Notes under the pieces: generated by a model
The model's input: the letters and a program-made list of their open reading frames with translations, nothing else
What the model was told of the DNA's origin: nothing
Database searches by the model: none
Assembly (NCBI GenBank): GCA_963675515.1
Contig: OY776328.1
Coordinates: forward strand, 960,001-992,000
From: Coprobacillaceae bacterium
Lineage (GTDB): Bacteria > Bacillota_I > Bacilli_A > Erysipelotrichales > Coprobacillaceae
Length of the DNA: 32,000 bases
Reading direction: 5' to 3'
Shown here: one piece after another, positions 16,537-24,878 of the stretch
How positions within the stretch are numbered: position 1 is the first letter of the stretch
How the letters are laid out: every line of letters begins with the position of its first letter
Translations under genes and position numbers: made by a program

Positions 16537-17766
16537 ATGAGTTTAACGAAAAAAAGGTGGCTGATTCTGGCTGCCTGCTGTTTCATCAACCTGTGCATCG
16601 GTTCGCTGTATGCATGGAGCGTCTTGGCTGGGCCAATGGCGGCTTATCTTGGAGAATTGAACGGAGTGACTTTGACGGCTCGTGATCTGTCGATCGTCTT
16701 TGTCATCGCCAACTCGGTCGGACCGATCACCATGATCACCGGCGGGAAAATCAATGATACCTTGGGACCGAAAATGGTTGTCCTTATCGGGGGTATGATG
16801 TTCGGGGGCGGAATGTTCCTGTCTGGTTTTGCAACTTCAATCAACTTCTTGATTGGAACGTATTCATTATTGTTAGGTCTTGGTCTTGGAATGGTTTATG
16901 GTGCGACTATCAGTACTTGCATCAAGTTCTTCCCGGACAAACGCGGTCTTATCGGTGGTCTTACCACTTCGACTTTCGGGATTTCTTCGGTAATCATTCC
17001 ACCGATTGCCGGAGCTATCATCACAATGACCGGACCGACTACGGCTTTCAAAGTAATCGGAGCGGCGTTCATCGTCATTATCGCATTAAGTTCATTATTT
17101 ATTGAAAAATGTCCGGATGGATTCGTTCCTGAAGGATGGACACCACCGGCAACAACTGGCAACAAAGCCGGAGGCGAAAGCAAAAACTGGATTGGCATGC
17201 TTAAATCACCGATCTTCTATGTGATGATCGTTATGCTTACTTGCGGGGCCTTTGCGGCATTGATGTTCATTCCGATGATTTCGCCAATTGCCCAAAATAT
17301 GATCGGTATGTCAGCGGCAGCGGCAACGACAGCTGTATCGACATTGGCCTTGTTCAACGTCTTCGGTCGTGTCCTGGCAGGAAGTCTTTCAGACAAATTC
17401 GGCCGGATCAATGTCCTGGGTGCGGCTTGTGTCCTGTCAGTTATCGGTCTTGGATTATTGTACATCGCCGACATGGGCGACAATTTGCCATTCTTTGTGG
17501 GAATCTCGATTGTCGGAGCCTGCTTCGGTTCCTTCATGGGTGTCTTCCCAGGATTTACGGCCGACCAGTTTGGACCAAAATACAACTCGGTCAACTTCGG
17601 GATCATGTTCATCGGTTTCTCGATTGCCGGATATGTGGGACCAACTATCCTCAACAACATCTACGGTGCTCAAGGAAGCTACAACATGGCGTTTGTGACA
17701 GCCATGGGATTCTCAGTGGCTGGGCTGGTACTGACCTTCGCTTATCGTGTCTTGAACAGAAAATAG
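16537..17766 (+). CDS. MFS transporter, oxalate/formate antiporter (OFA)-like family
   Basis: 12 predicted TM helices. The N-terminus KRWLILAACCFINLCIGSLYAWSV and FPDKRGLIGGL are typical of OFA-type carboxylate MFS proteins. RBS GGAGGAAG. Confidence 0.85.
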   Translation: MSLTKKRWLILAACCFINLCIGSLYAWSVLAGPMAAYLGELNGVTLTARDLSIVFVIANSVGPITMITGGKINDTLGPKMVVLIGGMMFGGGMFLSGFATSINFLIGTYSLLLGLGLGMVYGATISTCIKFFPDKRGLIGGLTTSTFGISSVIIPPIAGAIITMTGPTTAFKVIGAAFIVIIALSSLFIEKCPDGFVPEGWTPPATTGNKAGGESKNWIGMLKSPIFYVMIVMLTCGAFAALMFIPMISPIAQNMIGMSAAAATTAVSTLALFNVFGRVLAGSLSDKFGRINVLGAACVLSVIGLGLLYIADMGDNLPFFVGISIVGACFGSFMGVFPGFTADQFGPKYNSVNFGIMFIGFSIAGYVGPTILNNIYGAQGSYNMAFVTAMGFSVAGLVLTFAYRVLNRK

Positions 17767-17781
17767 ATCAGGGAGAGAAAA

Positions 17782-19731
17782 ATGGAAAGAAAATATCCGA
17801 ATTTATCCAAACCAATCCAGATTGGAAATGTGTATTTTAGAAACCGGATGTTCGGTGCGCCTATGGGCGGTACCGACATCACTGCCGATTGCACAATCGG
17901 GCCTAAAACTACGGCTTTCTATGAACTTAGAGCCAAGGGTGGGGTAGCCAATGTTACGGTCAGCGAACTTGTTGTCCACCCCAAGACCGAAGCTTCGCAC
18001 ATGTACCATCTTGACTTGCAGACAGTCAATTCATTGGCTAGCTTCACTTACACAGCTGATGCGATCCGCCGTCATGGTGCCATCGCTTCGGTCGAACTTT
18101 CACACTCTGGCCAATATGCCGGAACCTACCTTGTCGATAAGGACAAAAAAGAGGGTATGGCTCAATGGGGACCAAGCGCGGGGCTAAGACCTGATGGTCG
18201 CGAAGTCAAAGAACTTACCAAAGAGTTGATCCAGGAAATCGTCGAAGCTTACGGTGAAAAAGCGGCTCTGGCCAAAAAAGCCGGATTCGAGATGGTCATG
18301 ATCCATGGTGGTCATGGCTGGCTGATCAACCAGTTCCTTTCACCATTCTTCAACAAGAGAACCGACGAATACGGCGGACCTTTGGAAAACCGTGTTCGTT
18401 TCGCCATCGAAGTGTTGGAAAGTGTCCGCAAGGCTGTCGGGCCAGGATTCCCGATCGAATTCAGGATGAGCGGTTCGGAACTGTTTGAAGGTGGCTACAC
18501 CCTTGAAGACGGCGTTGAAATCGCCAAACTGATTGAAGACAAGATCGACCTTCTTCATGTTTCGGCGGGAACATACCAGAAGGGCTTCGGTGTTACTCAC
18601 CCATCGATGTTCCTGGAACATGGTCCTAACGTCTATCTGGCGGCTGAAATCAAGAAACATGTCAAGGTGCCGGTTGCAACAATCGGAGCCTTGAACGATC
18701 CCGAAAAGATGGAAGAGATCATCGCTTCAGGAAAGGCCGATATCGTGGAAATGGCTCGGGCTTTGCTTGCCGATCCGGAACTGCCTCGAAAAGTCATGAC
18801 CAACAATGACCACCTGATCGTAAAATGCATGCGTTGTTTCACCTGCATGGCAGAACGTGCGGTTACCGGAACAAGACGCTGCACGGTAAATCCAATGATC
18901 GGTCGCGAAAGCGACGGTCTGGAAATCATCCCGGCAGCCAAAAAGAAAAAAGTCCTTGTGGTAGGGGCTGGTCCAGGCGGTCTTCAGGCAGCCTACACGG
19001 CAGCCAGACGCGGCCATGAAGTTGTTCTTTGCGAAAAGAATGATGAAGTCGGAGGAATCCTGATTGGGGAAAAAGCCATCCCATTCAAATATTCGATGTA
19101 TGAACTGGGGGTTTCATTGGGAAGACTGGCACAAGAAGCCGGAGTCGATATCCGACTGAATACTGCAGTTGACAAAGCCTATGCCCAAAATGAAAACGCC
19201 GATGTTATCATCGTGGCGGCGGGATCGAAAGCCCTGGTACCTCCAATTCCAGGACTTGACGGTGCCAATGTCATCCAGGCAACCGCATATCATCACCAAC
19301 TTGACCAAGTCCAAGACAGCGTCATCGTCTTGGGTGGGGGACTTTCAGGAACGGAACTGGCTGTCCACCTTGCCAATGAGGGCAAAGCAGTCAAGCTGGT
19401 GGAAATGGGTGTGGAACTCGCACCTGATGCCAATATCCGCCATCGTCCATTGCTTTTAGAAGAAGTGGCCAAAAAAGGAATCGAAGTGTTCACCAACCAT
19501 AAAGGACTTCAGGTCAATGAAGACGGCATCGTTTGCCAAAACCTTGAAGGCAACGAAGTCATGATTGAAGGACAAACCATCATCTGTGCATTGGGTCAAG
19601 TGGCCCGTCGCGACATCGTCGATGAGCTGATCGACGAAGCTCCAGTCGTGATGACGGTTGGAGACTGCGCCAAAGTCTCTACCATCACGACAGCAATCTA
19701 TCAGGGCCATCACGCGGCACTGGATATTTAA
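17782..19731 (+). CDS. 2-enoate reductase / 2,4-dienoyl-CoA reductase-like Fe-S flavoenzyme (OYE-like FMN barrel plus FAD/NAD(P) domain)
   Basis: OYE signature HGGHGWLINQFLSPFFNKRTDEYGG. Cys cluster CMRCFTC-x11-C. Two Rossmann motifs, VLVVGAGPGGLQAA and VIVLGGGLSGTELA. 649 aa. Confidence 0.9.
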   Translation: MERKYPNLSKPIQIGNVYFRNRMFGAPMGGTDITADCTIGPKTTAFYELRAKGGVANVTVSELVVHPKTEASHMYHLDLQTVNSLASFTYTADAIRRHGAIASVELSHSGQYAGTYLVDKDKKEGMAQWGPSAGLRPDGREVKELTKELIQEIVEAYGEKAALAKKAGFEMVMIHGGHGWLINQFLSPFFNKRTDEYGGPLENRVRFAIEVLESVRKAVGPGFPIEFRMSGSELFEGGYTLEDGVEIAKLIEDKIDLLHVSAGTYQKGFGVTHPSMFLEHGPNVYLAAEIKKHVKVPVATIGALNDPEKMEEIIASGKADIVEMARALLADPELPRKVMTNNDHLIVKCMRCFTCMAERAVTGTRRCTVNPMIGRESDGLEIIPAAKKKKVLVVGAGPGGLQAAYTAARRGHEVVLCEKNDEVGGILIGEKAIPFKYSMYELGVSLGRLAQEAGVDIRLNTAVDKAYAQNENADVIIVAAGSKALVPPIPGLDGANVIQATAYHHQLDQVQDSVIVLGGGLSGTELAVHLANEGKAVKLVEMGVELAPDANIRHRPLLLEEVAKKGIEVFTNHKGLQVNEDGIVCQNLEGNEVMIEGQTIICALGQVARRDIVDELIDEAPVVMTVGDCAKVSTITTAIYQGHHAALDI

Positions 19732-19805
19732 TTTACAAATTTAGTTCAATCCATTAATTATTTACACCTCAGTTTATCCTTATATAAATCATAAACCATG
19801 ACAAG

Positions 19806-19838
19806 CCATGACACTTATTCATTAGTGCCATGGTTTTT
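19806..19838 (+). terminator. Rho-independent terminator after the reductase gene
   Basis: Stem CCATGACAC (19806-19814) / GTGCCATGG (19825-19833) with one mismatch, a 10-nt loop, then T5. Confidence 0.7.
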
Positions 19839-19881
19839 GTCTTTTCTTCCGTTTTCAAATCCGGGAATTGAATGGATATTG

Positions 19882-19911
19882 TTTACAGATGGAATTGAAA
19901 AAAGGTAGAAT
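19882..19911 (+). promoter_or_regulatory. Candidate promoter of the GH32 gene
   Basis: TTTACA (19882-19887), 18 nt, TAGAAT (19906-19911). This places the transcript start after the track's TTG at 19868 and supports the ATG at 19937. Confidence 0.5.
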
Positions 19912-19936
19912 ATATTGGAAAGCGAGGAAAAACCAA

Positions 19937-21265
19937 ATGAGACCAAAACTGCACTTCACACCGCCGCAAAACTGGATGAACGACCCGAACGGGCTGATCT
20001 ATTTCCAGGGAAATTATCATATCTTTTATCAGCATTTCCCTTACACCTGCCAGTGGGGGACGATGCACTGGGGCCATGCCATCACCAAGGACCTGGTGAA
20101 CTTCGAGCATTTGCCTATCGCCCTTTACCCTTCCAAGGAATATGATCGCAACGGTTGCTTCTCGGGCAGTGCGATTGTCTTAAATGACGAGCTGCACCTT
20201 TATTACACGGCCATAAGATACGCCAGGGAAAACCCGGAATTCGTCCATGTCCAGTACAGCGATGATGACCTGATCGCCTCCCAGGCGGTCGTCACATCCA
20301 AAGACGGGCTTATCTTCGACAACAAGTTTGACAAGCACCTGGTCGTCGATGTCATCACCGACAAGAGTCTGGGCGATCTCCGCCATACCCGCGACCCGAA
20401 AGTCTGGGTGGGCCAAAACGGCAATGTCTACATGATCATCGGTTCCAAGATAGAAAGCGCAAAAGGCTATGACGGGGAAGTCCTGTTCTACCAAAGTGAG
20501 GACGGATTGAACTTCACATACAAGAACCGTTTTATCGATGCCAATATCGGGGATATGTGGGAATGTCCCGACCTGTTCGCTCTGGATGGCCAGTATTATC
20601 TGGTATTCTCGCCTGAAAACATCGACCAGCCGCCCAAACCCAATTCCAATGCGGTCATCATGCCGGTTGCCTTCGATGAAACGACCTGCACGATGGCCAA
20701 GATGGGCGACTATGTCTACCTCGATTACGGTCTCGACTTCTATGCGCCTCAGACCTTCCTCGATGAATCAGGAAAAAGGACGCTCCTTGGTTGGGAGCGG
20801 ATGCGCGAGCCGGTCCAAGGTGAAAACTGGGTCGGGATGCTCGCCATGCCAAGAGTCCTTTCCCAGAAGGGCGGCCATGTCTACCAGACTCTCCATCCCA
20901 ACATTGCCGGAATGTTTACCCGGGAAATGGCGACATGCGATTTCACTCAGCCGTTTTTAATCAAGACCAGTCTTGAAGAAGGTAAGGAAATCAACCTGGG
21001 GGGATTGAAGATATCGATAATAGATGACTGCCTTTGCGTCGACCGGGAAAGTGTCTCGATCATTGCGGATAAGGTCTCGAACGACAACTGCACGCCAAAA
21101 CTCAATGGTCGCTGTGATCTTGAAATATATTATGACCATCACATCTTCGAGATATTCGTCAATGATGGTTATTACGTGCTAAGCCAGGTTGTATACGCTC
21201 TTGATGAAGGCATTTGCCGATTCGACCGGACCGGTAGCAAAATTCTGGGCCTGAGTAACAACTGA
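19937..21265 (+). CDS. Glycoside hydrolase family 32 (sucrose-6-phosphate hydrolase / beta-fructofuranosidase), cytoplasmic
   Basis: Catalytic motifs WMNDPNG, RDP (HTRDPKV) and EC (MWECPDLF) are all present, with no signal peptide. The start is at the ATG at 19937 (GAGGA upstream). Confidence 0.9.
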   Translation: MRPKLHFTPPQNWMNDPNGLIYFQGNYHIFYQHFPYTCQWGTMHWGHAITKDLVNFEHLPIALYPSKEYDRNGCFSGSAIVLNDELHLYYTAIRYARENPEFVHVQYSDDDLIASQAVVTSKDGLIFDNKFDKHLVVDVITDKSLGDLRHTRDPKVWVGQNGNVYMIIGSKIESAKGYDGEVLFYQSEDGLNFTYKNRFIDANIGDMWECPDLFALDGQYYLVFSPENIDQPPKPNSNAVIMPVAFDETTCTMAKMGDYVYLDYGLDFYAPQTFLDESGKRTLLGWERMREPVQGENWVGMLAMPRVLSQKGGHVYQTLHPNIAGMFTREMATCDFTQPFLIKTSLEEGKEINLGGLKISIIDDCLCVDRESVSIIADKVSNDNCTPKLNGRCDLEIYYDHHIFEIFVNDGYYVLSQVVYALDEGICRFDRTGSKILGLSNN

Positions 21266-21286
21266 TATTGCAACACTCAAAAAAGT

Positions 21287-21336
21287 CAGCTGCGTGATTT
21301 AAGGATACCTTAAGTCAATGGTGCTGGCTTTTTTTT
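21287..21336 (+). terminator. Imperfect long hairpin plus T8 after the GH32 gene
   Basis: Outer pairs CAGC/GCTG (21287-21290 / 21323-21326), inner 10-bp stem TGATTTAAGG/CCTTAAGTCA with one G-U pair, then T8 at 21329-21336. Confidence 0.5.
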
Positions 21337-21363
21337 GTCTGACAGCTCACGTTTCCGGGCCGT

Positions 21364-21397
21364 CAAAAAAGACAACTCACGGCGGGGCGAGTTGTCT
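21364..21397 (-). terminator. Rho-independent terminator after marR
   Basis: Stem AGACAACTC (21370-21378) / GAGTTGTCT (21389-21397) with a GC-rich loop, followed on the minus strand by a T-run (A-run 21365-21370 on plus). Confidence 0.7.
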
Positions 21398-21433
21398 GGG
21401 ATTTGGATACGGTCAGGTGAATTCAAACCAATC

Positions 21434-21859
21434 CTATTTTTTGACGATATTATGGGACACTTTCTCCAAAAGGGAGAGCAGCGTCTGGATTTCATTTTGG
21501 CTCATTCCCTCCACCAGCTGATCTTCAAAATCGAAGATATCCTGGATCAGCAACTCCTGCCGGGAGGCAATGGATTTGCCTAAGACTATCTTTTTAATCC
21601 TGGCATCGCTTTTCATGGGCACTCGGATTATGTATCCGTTCTGTTCGAGAAGTTTCAGTATGCCTGAAGCGCTGGCCGGACGGAGATTGAACTCTTCCTC
21701 GATCTGCCGCTGAAAAACATCTTCGTTCTGGTGGGCGATGATATAATGGAGAATGCGTCCCTGGCTGCCGCCGATTCCGGTTTTGGCAGCGAGCATCCCC
21801 ATATGCCTTTTGATTTGATTGGATAAACTGGTTATTTCTTTTCCTAGTTGATAGTGCAT
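21434..21859 (-). CDS. MarR family transcriptional regulator
   Basis: 141 aa. GSQGRILHYI..., winged-helix LRPASASGILKLLEQNGYIIRVPMKSDARIKKIVL. RBS AAGGAGGG. Confidence 0.9.
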   Translation of the reverse strand: MHYQLGKEITSLSNQIKRHMGMLAAKTGIGGSQGRILHYIIAHQNEDVFQRQIEEEFNLRPASASGILKLLEQNGYIIRVPMKSDARIKKIVLGKSIASRQELLIQDIFDFEDQLVEGMSQNEIQTLLSLLEKVSHNIVKK

Positions 21860-21881
21860 CCTGAAAATCCCTCCTTTTCAA

Positions 21882-21910
21882 AGTATAGCCTGTAACCATG
21901 GTCAATGCAA
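21882..21910 (-). promoter_or_regulatory. Candidate marR-proximal promoter with the palindrome ACCATGGT in the spacer
   Basis: Minus strand TTGCAT (21905-21910), 17 nt, TATACT (21882-21887). The spacer contains the 8-bp palindrome ACCATGGT. Confidence 0.45.
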
Positions 21911-21990
21911 CATATTAGACATCCCATCAACTTTTGATCGGGTCTACAGCGCGATTTGGCGGTTGAAGGGGAACTTGCGATCGGATCTTG

Positions 21991-23400
21991 TCAGTCGTTA
22001 GCCGCAGCCCAGGCGGCTTTTTTGTCTTTGCTTCTAAAAGCCATGAACTGGCTTACCCCCACCAGACAGATTGCCACTGCCAGAAAAGCCAGCACAAACA
22101 AACTGCCGGACTGGGTACCTTGAGACAGCGGCACACCTTGCTGGCAAAAAGCCAGGATGGCGGCTGAAATGGAAGTGCCGATGGCTCCGGATAGCTGCAT
22201 CATTGTCTGGATTGTGGCATTGCCGTCGGATTGCAGCCTGGTCCCAAGACTTGCCAGGGCGCTGGTCATGGTGTTTCCTACAGTCAGTCCCAGGCCGATA
22301 CTGTAAATGAAATATAGGGAGATGCACAAAAGATAGTTTAGATTTGAAAAAACGATCAAAAATCCCGCAATGGCGACAATTATGCAGCCAGCTCCCGCAT
22401 AGATCGGTTTTCTGGCTCCGAATTTGTCAAAAATCAGTCCACCTAGTGGGGCGAACAGAGCCCCAATGATCGCTCCGGGGAGAAGGACCAGCCCTGCATT
22501 CGCAGCACTCCCGTTCAGGACGATCTGGACATATGATGGAAGCAGCAGCCCGAAACCCAGGGTTGCCATCTGGATGAACAATATCGCCAGCAAATGGAAG
22601 GTGAAGGTTTTGTTCTGGAATATTTCAAAATTGATCAACGGCTCCTGGCCCTGGATCTGGAGCTTGCCAAAATATCCAAGTGCCATGATTCCCACGATCA
22701 AGCAGGAAATCACCAACAGAGGGTTCGTAACGATTTTATCGAGATACGAAAGGCCGCAGATCATTGCGAAAAATGCGATTGCTGCAAACACAAAACCTTT
22801 GAAATCCATTTTGGCGTCCCGGTCCGGAACGTTGCTCCGGATGCAAATCAAACCGACCGTGGTCGCGAGGATGATCAATGGTAAAACGCAGATGTAGATA
22901 TAGCGCCAAGAGAAGTATTGGGTCATTGCTCCGCCAAAGGTCGGTCCGATTGCGGGAGCCGCCGCAGTCACAAACGCCCCACAGCCCATCATCAGCCCGA
23001 GCAGGTGAGGTGGGGATTCTTCAAGGATGATATTGTACATCATCGGCAGGGCGATCCCGACCCCGGCCCCCTGGACAAACCGGCCCAGTAGCAGAAGGTA
23101 AAACGATGAAGTGGTGATGTCGATGATCAGTCCGGCTCCAAACAAAAGCCCGGCGGTCAAAAAAAGCATCTTTGTGGGAAAGCGCCGTTTCAAATATGAA
23201 GAAAGCGGGATGAATATCCCCATCATCAGCAGGTTCCCCGTTGTCATCCACTGCACGGTGGATGTCGGCACTGAGAATTCATTCATCAGCGTCGGAAATG
23301 TGATGTTTGTCGCCGTCTCGATCAAAACACTACAGAATGAGAACAGCCCCGCGGCAATAATCGCCAGCAGCTGTTTGATAGTAAGTCTGGTATCAGTCAT
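21991..23400 (-). CDS. MFS transporter, DHA2 (EmrB/QacA-like, 14-TMS) drug:H+ antiporter family
   Basis: 469 aa and about 14 hydrophobic segments. LLLGRFVQGAGVGIALPM and GPTFGGAMTQYFSWRYIY are typical DHA2 motifs. RBS AAGGAGAG. Confidence 0.88.
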   Translation of the reverse strand: MTDTRLTIKQLLAIIAAGLFSFCSVLIETATNITFPTLMNEFSVPTSTVQWMTTGNLLMMGIFIPLSSYLKRRFPTKMLFLTAGLLFGAGLIIDITTSSFYLLLLGRFVQGAGVGIALPMMYNIILEESPPHLLGLMMGCGAFVTAAAPAIGPTFGGAMTQYFSWRYIYICVLPLIILATTVGLICIRSNVPDRDAKMDFKGFVFAAIAFFAMICGLSYLDKIVTNPLLVISCLIVGIMALGYFGKLQIQGQEPLINFEIFQNKTFTFHLLAILFIQMATLGFGLLLPSYVQIVLNGSAANAGLVLLPGAIIGALFAPLGGLIFDKFGARKPIYAGAGCIIVAIAGFLIVFSNLNYLLCISLYFIYSIGLGLTVGNTMTSALASLGTRLQSDGNATIQTMMQLSGAIGTSISAAILAFCQQGVPLSQGTQSGSLFVLAFLAVAICLVGVSQFMAFRSKDKKAAWAAAND

Positions 23401-23411
23401 AAGTCTCTCCT

Positions 23412-23459
23412 TAAAATACTTAGGAACCTAATATAATGATAAGGTTCCTAAGTATTTTA
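23412..23459. repeat. Perfect 17-bp inverted repeat with a 14-nt centre abutting the DHA2 RBS (candidate operator)
   Basis: TAAAATACTTAGGAACC (23412-23428) / GGTTCCTAAGTATTTTA (23443-23459), centre TAATATAATGATAA. Confidence 0.85.
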
Positions 23460-23465
23460 TGTCAT
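23436..23465 (-). promoter_or_regulatory. Candidate promoter of the DHA2-marR unit, embedded in the inverted repeat
   Basis: Minus strand ATGACA (23460-23465), 18 nt, TATCAT (23436-23441). The distal arm fills the spacer and the proximal arm covers the +1 to SD region. Confidence 0.4.
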
Positions 23466-23830
23466 TTAATTGTTTATGTCAACCGAAAAATGTGGGTGCG
23501 AAAAATGAGACCATCTATCATTACCTCATATGTTGTGGTTGTCTTGAACTGCCCGAGAAATACCATGTCAACCGGGGTTCATCATTCTGTTTTCGCGATT
23601 GACTGTACATGGCCGCAAAGACATAGTCTTGTCTGGTTAACTTCATGGATATGAAATGATTATTGATTTTTACGAAATCGGTCCCCAGGAAGGTTCGTCT
23701 AAAGAAATGATTAAATGAAAAAAAATCGAATGATTACATAAAACAGCTACATGGATGCACCAAGGGTGAAAGCGGATAAGACATGGTTGTGTCATTACCG
23801 TGCTATTAATTACGTTGTGTAAATTAACAA

Positions 23831-23859
23831 TTGACACAGTGTAATATAAATGGTAAATT
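23831..23859 (+). promoter_or_regulatory. Candidate promoter of the AKR gene pair
   Basis: TTGACA (23831-23836), 17 nt, TAAATT (23854-23859), 28 nt upstream of the ATG at 23887. Confidence 0.5.
23832..23844. promoter_or_regulatory. Near-palindromic 13-mer TGACACAGTGTAA, copy 1 (candidate operator)
   Basis: Identical 13-mer to 26613-26625. Arms T.ACAC / GTGT.A around a central A. It overlaps the -35 of the AKR promoter. Confidence 0.45.
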
Positions 23860-23886
23860 GTAAGTAGGAAAGACAAGGAGGTAAAT

Positions 23887-24855
23887 ATGGAATATGTGAA
23901 TTTGGGCAATACAGGATTGAAGGTCTCAAGGTTATGCATCGGCTGCATGGGGTTTGGAAAACCTGATAGCGGCGGCATTGTCGGCAAGACTGAAGAAAAG
24001 GAAGCCCGGGAAATCATCAAATTTGCTTTGGACAATGGGATCAATTTTTTTGACACCGCCAACTATTACGGATTGGGAGTAAGTGAGGAGATTTTAGGAC
24101 GGGCAATCAAGGATTTTGCCAATCGGGATGAGGTGGTAATTGCCACCAAACTCTATTTTCCGATGTTTGACGGTGCCAATGCCAAGGGATTGTCGCGCAA
24201 GGCAATATTTCAGGAAGTGGAGAATTCTTTGAAAAGGCTGCAGACTGATTATATCGATTTGTATATCATCCATAGGTGGGATTATACAACTCCGATTGAA
24301 GAAACGATGGAAGCGTTAAATGATCTTGTAAGGATGGGGAAAATCCGCTACATCGGTGCGAGTGCCATGTATGCCTGGCAGTTTGTCAAAGCCAACGCCA
24401 TAGCTCAAAGAAATGGCTGGGCGAGGTTCATCTCGATGCAAAACATGATCAACCTGGTGTACCGGGAAGAGGAAAAAGAAATGGTGAAAATGTGCATATC
24501 GGAGAATATTGCCCTTACACCGTTTTCGCCGATAGCTCACGGGGTGTTCAGCAAACCAGCGAATGGACCCAGAACCGATGGTGGGGCCAGTTTGCAAAAC
24601 GAATACGTTCTCGCGCAAGATGACGAAATAATCAAAAGAGTTCAAGAAATTGCGGGCAAGAGAAATTGCGATCCTTCAGTTATTGCGATGGCATGGGTGT
24701 TAGGGAAACATTACATCACATCACCAATTGTCGGGGCGGCCAAGGCTAAGTATGTCCAAGGGGCGCTTGATGCTTTGAGCATTAAACTGACAGATGAAGA
24801 AATAAAGTATATTGAGGAACCATACGTTCCGCACAATCAATTTGGTTTCAGGTAA
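23887..24855 (+). CDS. Aldo/keto reductase (Tas/YhdN-like, about 320 aa class)
   Basis: LGNTGLKVSRLCIGCMGFG, FFDTANYYG, DYIDLYIIHRWD, IRYIGASAM. RBS AAGGAGG. Confidence 0.9.
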   Translation: MEYVNLGNTGLKVSRLCIGCMGFGKPDSGGIVGKTEEKEAREIIKFALDNGINFFDTANYYGLGVSEEILGRAIKDFANRDEVVIATKLYFPMFDGANAKGLSRKAIFQEVENSLKRLQTDYIDLYIIHRWDYTTPIEETMEALNDLVRMGKIRYIGASAMYAWQFVKANAIAQRNGWARFISMQNMINLVYREEEKEMVKMCISENIALTPFSPIAHGVFSKPANGPRTDGGASLQNEYVLAQDDEIIKRVQEIAGKRNCDPSVIAMAWVLGKHYITSPIVGAAKAKYVQGALDALSIKLTDEEIKYIEEPYVPHNQFGFR

Positions 24856-24878
24856 ACAGGAGAAAAGAGGTATTGGAT

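Noticed and set aside
17241-17840. 199-aa and 109-aa plus-strand alternative-frame ORFs within the OFA-type MFS gene
   Set aside because: They are out of frame with a 12-TM transporter ORF. Their Arg/Cys-rich composition is typical of off-frame translation of a GC-richer gene.
21299-21313. TTAAGG-ata-CCTTAA palindrome resembling the MerR half-sites
   Set aside because: It has a 3-nt centre instead of 6 and no flanking -35/-10. It forms the core of the GH32 terminator hairpin.
22424-22897. 157-aa plus-strand ORF antisense to the DHA2 transporter
   Set aside because: It is a shadow ORF inside a well-supported membrane transporter gene.
23476-23574. Direct 10-mer repeat ATGTCAACCG at 23476-23485 and 23565-23574
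   Set aside because: A 10-mer recurring once within about 400 nt is near chance expectation (order 0.1), and there is no further structure around it.
23436-24062. 72-aa (+) and 130-aa (-) ORFs in the DHA2/AKR intergenic region
   Set aside because: They have no RBS and no recognisable motif. The minus ORF runs antisense through the AKR start and promoter. The region is better explained as divergent control DNA.
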